Shown here piece after piece: positions 19,280 to 28,212 of a DNA stretch of 64,000 nt; positions within the stretch are counted from its first letter, which is position 1, and every line of letters begins with the position of its first letter. The stretch spans positions 68,003 to 132,002 of the forward strand of contig CADCWL010000247.1 of assembly GCA_902806405.1 (NCBI GenBank). Direction: 5' to 3'. The translations under genes were made by a program, and so were the position numbers. Under the pieces are notes generated by a model. The model did not search any database and was not told the origin of the DNA. It saw only the letters and a list, made by a program, of their open reading frames with translations. This DNA comes from an uncultured Thermomicrobiales bacterium (GTDB lineage Bacteria > Chloroflexota > Chloroflexia > Thermomicrobiales > UBA6265).

Positions 19280-20200
19280 TCAGGCCGCTCCCGGCGACGG
19301 CTCGGATCCGCGACCTACGCCGTCGGAGGCGACGGCGACTCGGCCGCTCCTCCCCTCTGTCGCCGGGAACTGGCGGGCCATGAGACCGTCCCAGGTCCGG
19401 TCGGAGACGCGGCGTCGTAGCGCAGGCAGGAGATGGGCGCTCGCGCCCACCTTGTACCGGGTGCGGGGGCGTTTGGCTTCGGCCGCCTCGACGATCACCT
19501 GGGCGACACGCTCGGGCGAGACGACGATGCCGGGGACGGGAACGTCGAACAGCCGCCTGGCGCCGGCGGCGAGGTTGTGCTTGAAGGCGGCGTACGGGCC
19601 ATCGTCGCCGGTGTCGGGAAGAGTAGAGATTTGCTTGTCGATGAAGGCGGTCCGGACCCCGGTCGGCTGGATCAAGACGACCTCGACACCGAAATCCCGG
19701 ACCTCGTAGCGGAGGCCGTCCGTGAGGGACTCCACGGCGTACTTGCTCATGTGGTACGCGGCAGCGCCCGGTGCCGTGAACAGCCCGCCCACGGAACCGA
19801 CGTTGACGATCCGCCCGCGGCCCGCGCGGCGCATCCCCGGCAGGACGAGTTGGGCCATCCGGAGGAGGCCGAAGACGTTGGTCTCAAACTGCCGCCGCAC
19901 GTCGTTCACGCTGAGCTCTTCGAGTGGCCCCATGAGGCCGTACCCCGCGTTGTTGACCAGCAGTTCGACCGCCCCGTGCGCCGCCTCCACCGCCGCCACG
20001 GCCGCCACCATCGAGGACTCGGCGGCGACGTCCAGCGGCAGTGTCGGGAGCCCCCGTGCGGCGAGATCGGCGACCGACTCGAAACAGCGCGCCGTGGCGT
20101 ACGTAACGAATCCGGCGTCGGCCAGCGCAACCGCGGTCGCTCGGCCGATCCCAGACGATGCGCCGGTGACCAGGGCGACCCGGCTCCGCGACGATGACAT
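19280..20200 (-). CDS. Short-chain dehydrogenase/reductase family oxidoreductase
   Basis: VALVTGASSGIGRATA (TGxxxGxG), LVNNAG, catalytic YHMSKYAVE (YxxxK). 306 aa. Confidence 0.9.
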   Translation of the reverse strand: MSSSRSRVALVTGASSGIGRATAVALADAGFVTYATARCFESVADLAARGLPTLPLDVAAESSMVAAVAAVEAAHGAVELLVNNAGYGLMGPLEELSVNDVRRQFETNVFGLLRMAQLVLPGMRRAGRGRIVNVGSVGGLFTAPGAAAYHMSKYAVESLTDGLRYEVRDFGVEVVLIQPTGVRTAFIDKQISTLPDTGDDGPYAAFKHNLAAGARRLFDVPVPGIVVSPERVAQVIVEAAEAKRPRTRYKVGASAHLLPALRRRVSDRTWDGLMARQFPATEGRSGRVAVASDGVGRGSEPSPGAA

Positions 20201-20254
20201 CGCTACACTCCTCTCCGTTCTCAGCGGGATCGACCCTGCCGAACCCGCACACTA

Positions 20255-20317
20255 GTCAACAGCCGTTGACGACCATGACGATACCCTCGACGCAGGTAGT
20301 TGTCAACCTAGGTTGAC
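20255..20317. promoter_or_regulatory. Two palindromic operator candidates in the SDR/TetR divergent region
   Basis: GTCAAC-agcc-GTTGAC at 20255-20270, and a perfect 16-bp palindrome GTCAACCTAGGTTGAC at 20302-20317. A third half-site, GGTTGA, is at 20325-20330. Confidence 0.55.
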
Positions 20318-20369
20318 TAGGGCCGGTTGATAGGCTTTGAGGGGAGAGTCGACGGTGGAGGAAGCGGAG

Positions 20370-20963
20370 ATGTCGTCCCAACCGCGACGTCCCAGGGACG
20401 CTGCCGCCACGCGCGCCGCGATCCTGCAAGCAGCACGCGCCGCCTTCACCCGGCACGGCTACGAGCGGGTCGGGGTGCGCGATGTCGCCGCCGCCGCCGG
20501 CATCGACCCCGCCCTCGTCATCCGTTACTTCGGCTCCAAGGAACGGCTCTTTGCGGAGGCGGTCACGGGCGAGGTCACGCTCGTCGATCTCTTCGCCGGC
20601 GACCGAGCGGCGCTCGGTGAGCGGCTGGCCCGCTACATCCTGACGAAGGGGGAGACGCCCGGTGCCTTCGATGCCCTGCTTGCCCTCCTCCGCTCCGCCC
20701 CGAGCGACCCGGTGGCCACCCTCCTCCGGGACGCGGTGGACAAGCAGTTCGTCCGCCCGCTCGCGGACCGGCTCGACGGCGGCGACGCGCTGCTACGCGC
20801 TTCCCTGATCGCCGCTCACGTGATTGGCATCGCGGTCGCTCGCGACGTTATCCGTAGCACCGCCCTCGCCGGGAGCGACTGCGGCGCGCTGGTCGCCCTC
20901 GTCGCCCCGGTCCTGCAGCGCTATGTCGACGGGGAGACCTCGACCGACGGTTCAATCGCGTGA
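20370..20963 (+). CDS. TetR/AcrR family transcriptional regulator
   Basis: N-terminal HTH AAILQAARAAFTRHGYERVGVRDVAAAAGIDPALVIRYFGSKERLF. ATG 20370 is preceded by GGAGGAAGCGGAG. Divergent from the SDR. Confidence 0.9.
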   Translation: MSSQPRRPRDAAATRAAILQAARAAFTRHGYERVGVRDVAAAAGIDPALVIRYFGSKERLFAEAVTGEVTLVDLFAGDRAALGERLARYILTKGETPGAFDALLALLRSAPSDPVATLLRDAVDKQFVRPLADRLDGGDALLRASLIAAHVIGIAVARDVIRSTALAGSDCGALVALVAPVLQRYVDGETSTDGSIA

Positions 20964-21096
20964 TCTGGGGCCGCTATCTCGGCCGCTCGCAAAGCGACGG
21001 AGGCGACTCCGTGGCACCGCGGGTGGCGCCGAGCCGGGTGCGTAGCGGAGCGACCGGGGACGGCGCTGCCGTGCATCAGCACCCCCCGGCGAGCGC

Positions 21097-21125
21097 TTGA
21101 CACCACCCCCCCCGCGGGCTAGGTT
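21097..21125 (+). promoter_or_regulatory. Candidate promoter of sdhA
   Basis: TTGACA (21097-21102), a 17-nt spacer, then TAGGTT (21120-21125), ~110 nt upstream of the sdhA ATG. Confidence 0.4.
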
Positions 21126-21238
21126 TGCCGGTGGAATCGCGACCGGCTCGGAGGGATTGGCGGGCCTTCCGGCTCCACGTCGCGCCCCCGCCGAACCCTC
21201 GTTCGGTCGCCCATTCACCGTCCCATGGAGGATCCCCG

Positions 21239-22969
21239 ATGGCCTACCACCGCTTCGACGCGGTCATCGTCGGCGCCGGCGGCGCCGGCCTGATGGCGGC
21301 CATCCAGCTCGCCGGCAAGGCGAACATCGCCGTCGTCTCCAAGCTCTACCCCCCCCGCTCCCACACCGGAGCGGCCCAGGGCGGAATCAGCGCGTCGCTC
21401 GGCAACACCGAGGAAGACCACTGGAAGTGGCACATGTTCGACACCGTCAAAGGTGGCGACTACCTCGTCGACCAGGACGCCGCCGAGGTCCTCTGCCGCG
21501 AGGCGGTCGACGCCGTGCTCGAGCTGGAGCATATGGGGCTCCCGTTCAACCGGACTCCGGACGGGCGGATCGACCAGCGCCGCTTCGGCGGCCACACCCG
21601 CAACTACGGCGAGGGTCCCGTCCGCCGCGCCTGCTACGCCGCCGACCGCACCGGTCACATGATCATCCAGACCCTCTACCAGCAGGGGATCAAGCACAAC
21701 GTCAACTTCCTCGACGAGCACCACCTGCTCGACGTCCTCTTCACCGACGACGGCCGCTGCTGCGGCGTGGTGACGATGGAGCAGCGGACCGGCGAGATCC
21801 ACACCGTCCACGCCAAGGCGGTCCTGATCGCCACCGGCGGTTTCGGCCGCGTCTTCAAGGTCACCTCGAACGCCATGGCCGGCACAGGGGACGGTTGCGC
21901 CATCCCCTATCGCCGCGGCGTTCCCCTGATGGACATGGAGTTCTACCAGTTCCACCCGACCGGGATCTACAAGCTCGGCATCCTCCTCTCCGAGGCGGCC
22001 CGCGGCGAGGGGGGCATCCTCCGCAATGGCGCCGGCGAGGCCTTCGCCGAGCGCTACGCGCCGACGCTGAAGGACCTCGCCCCCCGCGACATGGTGTCCC
22101 GCTTCATCCACGAGGAGGTCAAGGCGGGCCGCGGCGTCAACGGCGAGGACTTCGTCCACCTCGACCTGACCCACCTGCCGCCGGAGCTGATCGACGCCAA
22201 ACTGCCCGACATCACCGACTTCGCCAGGACGTACCTCGGCGTGGAGCCGAAGACCGAGCCGATCCCGATCCAGCCAACCGCCCACTACGCGATGGGCGGC
22301 CTCCCGACCGACGTCGAGGGGCGCGTCATCCTCGATGAGGAGAGCCGCATCGTCCCCGGCTTCTACTCGGCGGGCGAGGCGGCCTGCGTCTCCGTCCACG
22401 GCGCCAACCGGCTCGGCACCAACTCCCTGGTCGACCTCGTCGTCTTCGGCCGACGCGCCGGTCGCCATATGCTCGGCTTCCTCCCCGACGCCGAACTGCC
22501 GCCGCTGCCGTCCGACCCGGAGTTCACCGCCCGCGCCCAGATCGCCGACCTCCTGAACCGCCCCAAAGGGGAGCGCGCCTCCGAGCTGCGCGAGGCGATG
22601 CAGGAGGTGATGATGGACAAGGTCTCGGTCGTCCGCGACGCGGTGGGCATGACCGAGGCCCAGCGGGAGATCGACCGCATCCGCCTCGCCTACAAGAATC
22701 TCGCCATCGACGACCGCGGCACTTGCTTCAACACCGACCTCTCGGAGGCGCTGGAGCTCGGCTGCATGATCGACTGCGCCGAGGCGATCGTCGCCGGGGC
22801 GCTGGCCCGCGAGGAGAGCCGCGGCGCCCACTTCCGAGACGACTTCCAGACCCGCGACGACAAGAATTGGCTGGCCCACACCCTCGTCTACCGCACCTCG
22901 GGCGGCCTCCAGATGCGCAAGAAGCCGGTTACCATCACCGAGTTCGAGCCGAAGGAACGCAAGTACTGA
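21239..22969 (+). CDS. sdhA: Succinate dehydrogenase / fumarate reductase flavoprotein subunit
   Basis: [24 protein letters not shown] (His for covalent FAD), [25 protein letters not shown] 21239 follows GGAGGA; the track ORF start at 21125 is upstream read-in. Confidence 0.95.
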   Translation: MAYHRFDAVIVGAGGAGLMAAIQLAGKANIAVVSKLYPPRSHTGAAQGGISASLGNTEEDHWKWHMFDTVKGGDYLVDQDAAEVLCREAVDAVLELEHMGLPFNRTPDGRIDQRRFGGHTRNYGEGPVRRACYAADRTGHMIIQTLYQQGIKHNVNFLDEHHLLDVLFTDDGRCCGVVTMEQRTGEIHTVHAKAVLIATGGFGRVFKVTSNAMAGTGDGCAIPYRRGVPLMDMEFYQFHPTGIYKLGILLSEAARGEGGILRNGAGEAFAERYAPTLKDLAPRDMVSRFIHEEVKAGRGVNGEDFVHLDLTHLPPELIDAKLPDITDFARTYLGVEPKTEPIPIQPTAHYAMGGLPTDVEGRVILDEESRIVPGFYSAGEAACVSVHGANRLGTNSLVDLVVFGRRAGRHMLGFLPDAELPPLPSDPEFTARAQIADLLNRPKGERASELREAMQEVMMDKVSVVRDAVGMTEAQREIDRIRLAYKNLAIDDRGTCFNTDLSEALELGCMIDCAEAIVAGALAREESRGAHFRDDFQTRDDKNWLAHTLVYRTSGGLQMRKKPVTITEFEPKERKY

Positions 22970-23063
22970 CGGAGCAGCCAGGAACCAGAGGCCCGTAATC
23001 AGGAGAGCCGACGCTTTGGCGACCGGCTATTGACCACCGGTTACTGGCGACGAAGGAGCCCCC

Positions 23064-23762
23064 GTGGAAGTGACCCTCCGCATTAAGCGGTACAACCCGG
23101 AGACGGACGCCAAGGCGGCGTTCAAGGAGTACGTCGTCGACGTCGAGCCGACCGATCGGGTGCTCGACGCGATGAATCAGGTCAAGTGGAAGCACGACGG
23201 CACCTTGACCTACCGGCGGTCGTGCGCCCACGGCGTCTGCGGCTCGGATGCGATGCGGATCAACGGCCGTAACCGCCTCGCCTGCAAGATCCTGATGAAG
23301 GAGCTCGGCAAGAAGATCACGATCGAGCCCCTGATCGGCTACAAGGTAATCAAGGACCTGGTCATCGACATGGACCAGTTCTTCGACTCTTACAAAGCGG
23401 TCAAGCCCTACCTGATCGCCGACGACGCCCCGAGCGCCGTCGAACGGCGCCAGAGCCCGGAACAGCGCGAGCGCTACGACGACACCACCAAGTGCATCCT
23501 CTGCGCCGCCTGCACCACCTCCTGCCCGATCACCTGGACCAACGAGCGCTTCGTCGGTCCGGCCGCGATCGTCAACGCCCACCGCTTCATCTTCGACAGC
23601 CGCGATCAGGGCGGCGCGGAGCGCCTCCGCATCCTCAACACCCAGTCGGGCGTCTGGCGCTGCCGCACCATCTTCAACTGCACGGACGCCTGCCCCCGCG
23701 GCATCGAGGTCACCAAGGCGATCGAGGAGGTCAAACGGGCGCTCCTCTTCGAGACGGTGTAG
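23064..23762 (+). CDS. sdhB: Succinate dehydrogenase / fumarate reductase iron-sulfur subunit
   Basis: Three Cys clusters: CAHGVCGSDAMRINGRNRLAC, CILCAACTTSCP, CRTIFNCTDACP. GTG start. Confidence 0.95.
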   Translation: MEVTLRIKRYNPETDAKAAFKEYVVDVEPTDRVLDAMNQVKWKHDGTLTYRRSCAHGVCGSDAMRINGRNRLACKILMKELGKKITIEPLIGYKVIKDLVIDMDQFFDSYKAVKPYLIADDAPSAVERRQSPEQRERYDDTTKCILCAACTTSCPITWTNERFVGPAAIVNAHRFIFDSRDQGGAERLRILNTQSGVWRCRTIFNCTDACPRGIEVTKAIEEVKRALLFETV

Positions 23763-23859
23763 CGAGGAGAGGGAGGAGGGGGCCGCGAGAGGGAAGGAGC
23801 GCGACCGTCGTGCTCCCATCCCCTTCCGTCGTCCCTCTTCCCGCTCGCTGGGGGGGTAG

Positions 23860-24342
23860 ATGAACAACCCATTCACCTGGGATTACCTGACGACTGCGCC
23901 GGCGGCGGCGGACGTGTTCGACCTCTTCGGCGTCGTCTTCCTGCTCGTCTTCGCGATCGGGTTCCTGGTCGCGCTCTACCTTGCCAACGCGGGCGCGAGC
24001 CGCGTCGCCGGACACCCCGTGGCGCGGCGCACGGTCCGCCGGCTGGCCGGTATCGCCACGTTCGTCTTCGGCGCCGGCCTCTTCTTCTTCGGCGTCCGCG
24101 CCCTCGGCATCGACCCCTTTACCTTCGGCCGTCCGATCTGGCTCTGGCTCTGCGTGATCGCCGCAATCACGCTCGTCGCCTACTGCTTCTACTACCTGCG
24201 GACTGTCTACCCGGAGCAGCTCCGAGCCCACGAGCGGCAGCAGATCAAACAGCGCTACCTGCGCCCCGCGGCGACCGCCTCCACCGCCCTCCGCCCGGTG
24301 ACCGCGCCGCCGCCCCGCCCCAGCAGACGTCGCCCCCGGTAG
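23860..24342 (+). CDS. Hypothetical membrane protein (about 3 TM) immediately downstream of sdhB
   Basis: Hydrophobic spans VFDLFGVVFLLVFAIGFLVALYLA, LAGIATFVFGAGLFFFGV and IWLWLCVIAAITLVAYCFYYL. Basic Pro-rich tail. No family recognised. Confidence 0.6.
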   Translation: MNNPFTWDYLTTAPAAADVFDLFGVVFLLVFAIGFLVALYLANAGASRVAGHPVARRTVRRLAGIATFVFGAGLFFFGVRALGIDPFTFGRPIWLWLCVIAAITLVAYCFYYLRTVYPEQLRAHERQQIKQRYLRPAATASTALRPVTAPPPRPSRRRPR

Positions 24343-24425
24343 GAGCGGTCCGGCACGGTCGTCCCGTCCGACCGTGGCGTCGGACGGCGGTCGAGCCACG
24401 CACCGGGCAGGGCCGGGGGCACAAC

Positions 24426-24458
24426 GAAGGCCCCGCTCCTGGTCGGAGCGGGGCCTTC
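24426..24458. terminator. Strong hairpin terminator, placed to stop the SRP RNA (minus) and the sdhB-downstream unit (plus)
   Basis: GAAGGCCCCGCTCC-tggtc-GGAGCGGGGCCTTC: a perfect 14-bp stem with a 5-nt loop, lying directly after the SRP RNA 3' end. Confidence 0.7.
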
Positions 24459-24466
24459 TCTTGACC

Positions 24467-24746
24467 GGCGGTGGAAGGCCGTGCACCCCCCGTCGATCGC
24501 GTCCCTCCGGCTTTTCGACGCCCGTTGGCTCCGGTTGGGAAACCCCACGTCACCCGAAGAGTGCGGCTTACGGCTGCTACCTTCCGGTCCTGACCGGGTT
24601 CACCGTTCCCCGCCGCGTGGGACCCTTCCATCAACGCTACGTGCCGCCGCCAGTCCCACAGGGGCGGACCTCGGGGGGGAGTTCAACCCCGCTAAGGCGG
24701 GTTGCGGGTTCAGGGCACCGCCAGCTCCCCATCTAGCACGACCGCC
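24467..24746 (-). ncRNA. ffs: Signal recognition particle RNA, long (Bacillus-type, Alu-domain-containing) form
   Basis: The minus strand contains the domain IV core GGUCAGGACCGGAAGGUAGCAGCCGUAAG. The 5' Alu-domain sequence GUCGUGCUAGAUGGGGAGCUGGCGGUGCCCUGAACCCGCAACCCGC and the 3' GACGGGGGGUGCACGG closely parallel the B. subtilis scRNA as I remember it. The ends GGCGGU/ACCGCC can pair. Ends are +/- 15 nt. Confidence 0.9.
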
Positions 24747-24749
24747 GCA

Positions 24750-24778
24750 AGCTTAAGCCTGCCGCGCCCCCCTGTCAA
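24750..24778 (-). promoter_or_regulatory. Promoter of the SRP RNA gene
   Basis: The minus strand reads TTGACA (24773-24778), a 17-nt spacer, then TAAGCT (24750-24755). The predicted start falls on the GGCGGU 5' end of the RNA. Confidence 0.6.
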
Positions 24779-24825
24779 AATCTTGTCCCATCCCGTGAGT
24801 GCGGCACGGCGGCGCTTCCGACCCG

Positions 24826-24860
24826 GCGTCTGCCTCGTGCTCGAGCACGACCGCAGACGC
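24826..24860. repeat. 35-nt near-perfect palindrome in the SRP-RNA / EXLDI divergent region
   Basis: GCGTCTGC-c-TCGTGCTCGAGCACGA-cc-GCAGACGC: an inner 16-bp perfect palindrome plus outer 8-bp arms. Confidence 0.85.
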
Positions 24861-24929
24861 TGCCAACCGATATCGCCATCCCGCGAGACGACCGAGCAAG
24901 CGGTTGACCCGGCACTAGGTACGTGGTAC

Positions 24930-24960
24930 CGTGCATGTATACGTATATGCATACATACAC
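24930..24960. repeat. 31-nt perfect alternating pyrimidine-purine tract, AT-rich
   Basis: CGTGCATGTATACGTATATGCATACATACAC alternates Y-R at every position (checked by hand). It is preceded by the palindrome GGTACGTGGTACC (24918-24930). Confidence 0.9.
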
Positions 24961-24982
24961 CGGCAAGGGGTACAATCGTGAG

Positions 24983-25519
24983 ATGCCGAACAAGACCATC
25001 TACGTGGCCGATGGCGACCTCCCGCTCTACCAGCGCGCCCAAGCGCTGGCCGGCGGCAACTTGTCGGCGGCCATCACGGGGGCGCTACGACGCTTCGTCG
25101 AGGTGGAAGAGGGTCGTCTCGAGGGGTACGACGAGATCACGGTGCGGGTCGGGCTCGGCAAAGCGCGCAAGCGGCGCCTCCAACGATTCTCTGGAGTGCT
25201 GCTCGCGGAGTGGGGTCGTTCCACGGCGAACCGGGTCGAGCAGTACCGGGTCTACCGGAGCCGAACCGGCAAGTTTGTCGTGCACACAGAACGCTCTGAG
25301 GATTGGACGACCGGTCCGGATGCAGAGAAGTGGGCCAGCGGCTGGCGAAGCTGGGTCGGAAACTGGAGCGCCGACCAGACCTGGGGCCGCACCCCGGCCG
25401 AGGCGACCCTGCGCATCGTCGATTCCCTGGACGGCTTACGTGACCTCCTCCCGGCCGAGTTGTACGAACTGGTCGCCGCCGTCGCCGAGCAGCCCCCGGT
25501 CGAGGATCTCGACATCTAG
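24983..25519 (+). CDS. EXLDI family protein (function unknown) with a putative N-terminal ribbon-helix-helix
   Basis: The C-terminus ...QPPVEDLDI fits the E-x-L-D-I signature of the family. The N-terminus is MPNKTIYVADGDLPLYQRAQALAGGNLSAAITGALRRFVE. ATG 24983 lies 6 nt after TACAAT (24971-24976). An alternative promoter is TTGACC (24904) - 17 nt - TACCGT (24927). Confidence 0.75.
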   Translation: MPNKTIYVADGDLPLYQRAQALAGGNLSAAITGALRRFVEVEEGRLEGYDEITVRVGLGKARKRRLQRFSGVLLAEWGRSTANRVEQYRVYRSRTGKFVVHTERSEDWTTGPDAEKWASGWRSWVGNWSADQTWGRTPAEATLRIVDSLDGLRDLLPAELYELVAAVAEQPPVEDLDI

Positions 25520-25732
25520 ATCGCTCGCTCCGCGGCAACCGACCAGCGGCGTCCGCTCCCGTTCCCCGACTCCCATCGTCCACGCTCCTCCCGCCGAACG
25601 GCGACCGATCCTCCCGTCGCCGAGTCACCCCGCGCCTACCCAAAGCGTTTCTCGAAACCGCGCCCGTCCTCCTCCGCGCCGACCGTCGAGCTACTCGCGA
25701 CGTGCTCGTCTTCATCGACGAGAGGAGCGCAG

Positions 25733-26692
25733 ATGCCGAACTCCCCATCCCATGCGGCGATCACAGCGACCGGGCTGCGCAAATCGTTCGGCGACCACTC
25801 CGTGCTGGACGGGATCGACTTCCACGTTCCGGAGGGAACCATCTTTTCGCTGCTCGGTCCCAACGGTGCCGGCAAGACGACCGTGGTCCGGATTCTGTCG
25901 ACCCTGCTCCGGCCGGACGGCGGCGAAGCCCGCGTCGGCGGTCACGACGTCGCCCGCGAACCCGACGCGGTGCGGGCCGCGATCGGCGTCACGGGGCAGT
26001 TCTCGGCGGTGGACGACCTGCTCACCGGCGAAGAAAACATGATCTTGATGGCGGACCTCCACCACCTGGGCCGCCGCGAAGGCCGCCGGCGTGCGGCCGA
26101 CCTGCTCGCCCGCTTCGACCTCGTCGAGGCGGCCAAGCAGCGCCCCGCCACCTACTCGGGCGGCATGCGGCGCCGTCTCGACCTGGCGATGGGCCTGGTC
26201 GGCAATCCCCGCATCGTCTTCCTCGACGAGCCGACGACCGGCCTCGACCCGCGCAGCCGCCGCACGATGTGGCGGATCGTCCGCGACCTGGTGGCGGGCG
26301 GAGTCACGATCTTCCTGACGACCCAGTACCTGGAGGAGGCGGATCAGCTCGCCGATCGGGTCGCACTCCTGGACCGCGGCCGGCTGGTCGCCGAGGGGAC
26401 GCCGGGGGAGTTGAAACGCCGCGTCCCTGGCGGACACGTCCGGCTGGCGTTCGCCGACGCCGACGCACTCGAAACGGCCGTCCGCACCCTCGATGGGGCG
26501 GCGCGCGATGACGATGCGCTGACGCTCCGGGTGCCGACGGACGGCAGTGTCGGATCGCTCAAGGCCGTCCTCGACCGGCTCGATGACCGATCGCTCGCGG
26601 TCGATGGTCTGTCGCTGCACACACCGGACCTCGACGACGTCTTCCTCGCCCTCACCGGCCGCCCCGATAGCGGAAAGGTCGAGCTACGATGA
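25733..26692 (+). CDS. ABC transporter ATP-binding protein, DrrA/daunorubicin-resistance-like
   Basis: Walker A GPNGAGKTT, signature YSGGMRRRLDLA, Walker B IVFLDEPTTGLD, plus the C-terminal DrrA-type domain. Shine-Dalgarno GAGAGGAG. Confidence 0.92.
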   Translation: MPNSPSHAAITATGLRKSFGDHSVLDGIDFHVPEGTIFSLLGPNGAGKTTVVRILSTLLRPDGGEARVGGHDVAREPDAVRAAIGVTGQFSAVDDLLTGEENMILMADLHHLGRREGRRRAADLLARFDLVEAAKQRPATYSGGMRRRLDLAMGLVGNPRIVFLDEPTTGLDPRSRRTMWRIVRDLVAGGVTIFLTTQYLEEADQLADRVALLDRGRLVAEGTPGELKRRVPGGHVRLAFADADALETAVRTLDGAARDDDALTLRVPTDGSVGSLKAVLDRLDDRSLAVDGLSLHTPDLDDVFLALTGRPDSGKVELR

Positions 26693-27480
26693 ACTTCCTT
26701 ACGCTCTGGGCAAACGACTCGGCGACGATGCTGCGGCGCAACCTCCGGCACATACGGCGCTACCCGTCGTTGACGCTGCTCCTGGTCGGCACGCCCGTCG
26801 TCATCCTGCTGCTCTTCGTCTACGTCTTCGGTGGCACGCTCGGCGCCGGGCTCGGCGGCGTGTCGGGCGGCCGCGCCGCCTACGTTGACTACGTCGCCCC
26901 CGGCATCATCTTGCTGACCGTGGCCGGCGCGGTGCAGGGAACGGCGATCACGGTCGCCATGGACACGGCGGACGGGATCATCGCCCGCTTCCGGTCGATG
27001 GCCATCTCCCGCGCCTCGGTGCTGACCGGTCACGTCCTCAGCAGCATGATCCAGTGCATGCTGAGCGTCGCCATCGTCGTCGTCGTCGCGCTGCTGGTCG
27101 GCTTTCGGCCCACCACCGGTCCCGCCGAGTGGGTCGGGGCGATCGGCATCATCGCGATGGTCGCCTGGGCACTGACCTGGCTGACCGTCGCCTTGGGCCT
27201 GGTCACCAAGAGCGTGGAGGCCGCCAGCAATCTTCCCCAGCCCCTGATCCTCCTTCCGTTCTTCGGCAGCGGTTTCGTTCCCACGGACTCGATGCCGACC
27301 GGACTGCGCTGGTTCGCGGAGTATCAGCCGTTTACGCCGATCGTCGAGACGCTACGCGGGCTGCTGCTCGGCACCGCGATCGGCGACAGCGCGCTGCTCT
27401 CCGTCGCCTGGTGCGCCGCGATCACCCTGATCGGTTTCGTCTGGGCGCGCGCGCTGTACGATCGCGATCTTGTCCGTTAG
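26689..27480 (+). CDS. ABC-2 type transporter permease (DrrB-like)
   Basis: Six predicted TM segments in an ABC-2 layout. ATGA overlap with the ATPase gene. Confidence 0.88.
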   Translation: MNFLTLWANDSATMLRRNLRHIRRYPSLTLLLVGTPVVILLLFVYVFGGTLGAGLGGVSGGRAAYVDYVAPGIILLTVAGAVQGTAITVAMDTADGIIARFRSMAISRASVLTGHVLSSMIQCMLSVAIVVVVALLVGFRPTTGPAEWVGAIGIIAMVAWALTWLTVALGLVTKSVEAASNLPQPLILLPFFGSGFVPTDSMPTGLRWFAEYQPFTPIVETLRGLLLGTAIGDSALLSVAWCAAITLIGFVWARALYDRDLVR

Positions 27481-27667
27481 CCGCGCTGTCGCGCCACCCA
27501 CTCGTCGAGCTACCCCGCCAACCAACGGCGTCGGGGAAGGGTGCGCCCCGCGCTCGGCGACGCGACCCCCGGGTCGGCCACGAGTGGCACGCGCCATGCA
27601 GGGAGGCGACGACGCTCCGGATGCCCGCCGGCGAGGCGGGCGCGGTCGGCCGACGGGGGATCCTTCG

Positions 27668-28018
27668 ATGCAGACGCTGCTCCACGTGTCGCGGATGGAG
27701 ATCGGCGAGGAGGTCGCCGTCCGGGCGGCCCACGACGCCTTCCCCGTCGAGGCGCTCCAGCGCGGCTCCGGGGTCGACCGCGTCGTCGTCTTCATCGGCA
27801 GCGGCTACTACGCGCTGGAGCTCACCGTCGCCGACGGCAACTTCCAGGAAACCTTCCACCGCTTTCTCGCCACCCCCGAGGTCCAGCAACTCTTCGACGC
27901 CCTCCGCCCCTACGTCCACGACCTCCCGCTCCCCGACGCCAAGACCGCCGATCTCCCCCTGGCGACCGCCATGCTCCTCTGGCAGACGCCGGGGGTGGCC
28001 GATTCGACGACCGTCTGA
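27668..28018 (+). CDS. TcmI-like (polyketide-cyclase family) small alpha+beta protein
   Basis: MQTLLHVSRMEIGEEVAVRAAHDAFPVEALQRGSGVDRVVVFIGSGYYALELTVADGNF..PEVQQLFDALRPYV..ATAMLLW is colinear, as I remember it, with TcmI (LMVLRMDP..VAAAFAEHD..GVRRRVLF..LYMHLIEAD..HPLFQEVNERVGQYLTPY..VFYSW). ATG 27668 follows GGGGGA. Confidence 0.6.
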   Translation: MQTLLHVSRMEIGEEVAVRAAHDAFPVEALQRGSGVDRVVVFIGSGYYALELTVADGNFQETFHRFLATPEVQQLFDALRPYVHDLPLPDAKTADLPLATAMLLWQTPGVADSTTV

Positions 28019-28212
28019 GCGGGCGCCCTCTCGCAACTCCGGGCCGAAGCTCCCACAGTGGCACGGTTGGGCGACGCGCTATCCTCCCGATTGGGGTTCG
28101 TGGACGGGCGAGCCGTCTACCGTGGCCGATTGCAGGGCTCAACCGGGTACCCCCCGCTTGGCGTCGGGGTCCCTTCATCGCCCCGGCGTAGAGCACGAGA
28201 GCGAGGGGGGGT

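Noticed and set aside
23763-23859. Purine-rich run (GAGGAGAGGGAGGAGGGGG...GAGAGGGAAGGAG) mirrored by a pyrimidine-rich run (CTCCCATCCCCTTCC...CCCTCTTCCC) after sdhB
   Set aside because: It is only imperfectly complementary. It is most simply a weak terminator or spacer structure and includes the Shine-Dalgarno for the next gene. It is not distinctive enough to report as a finding.
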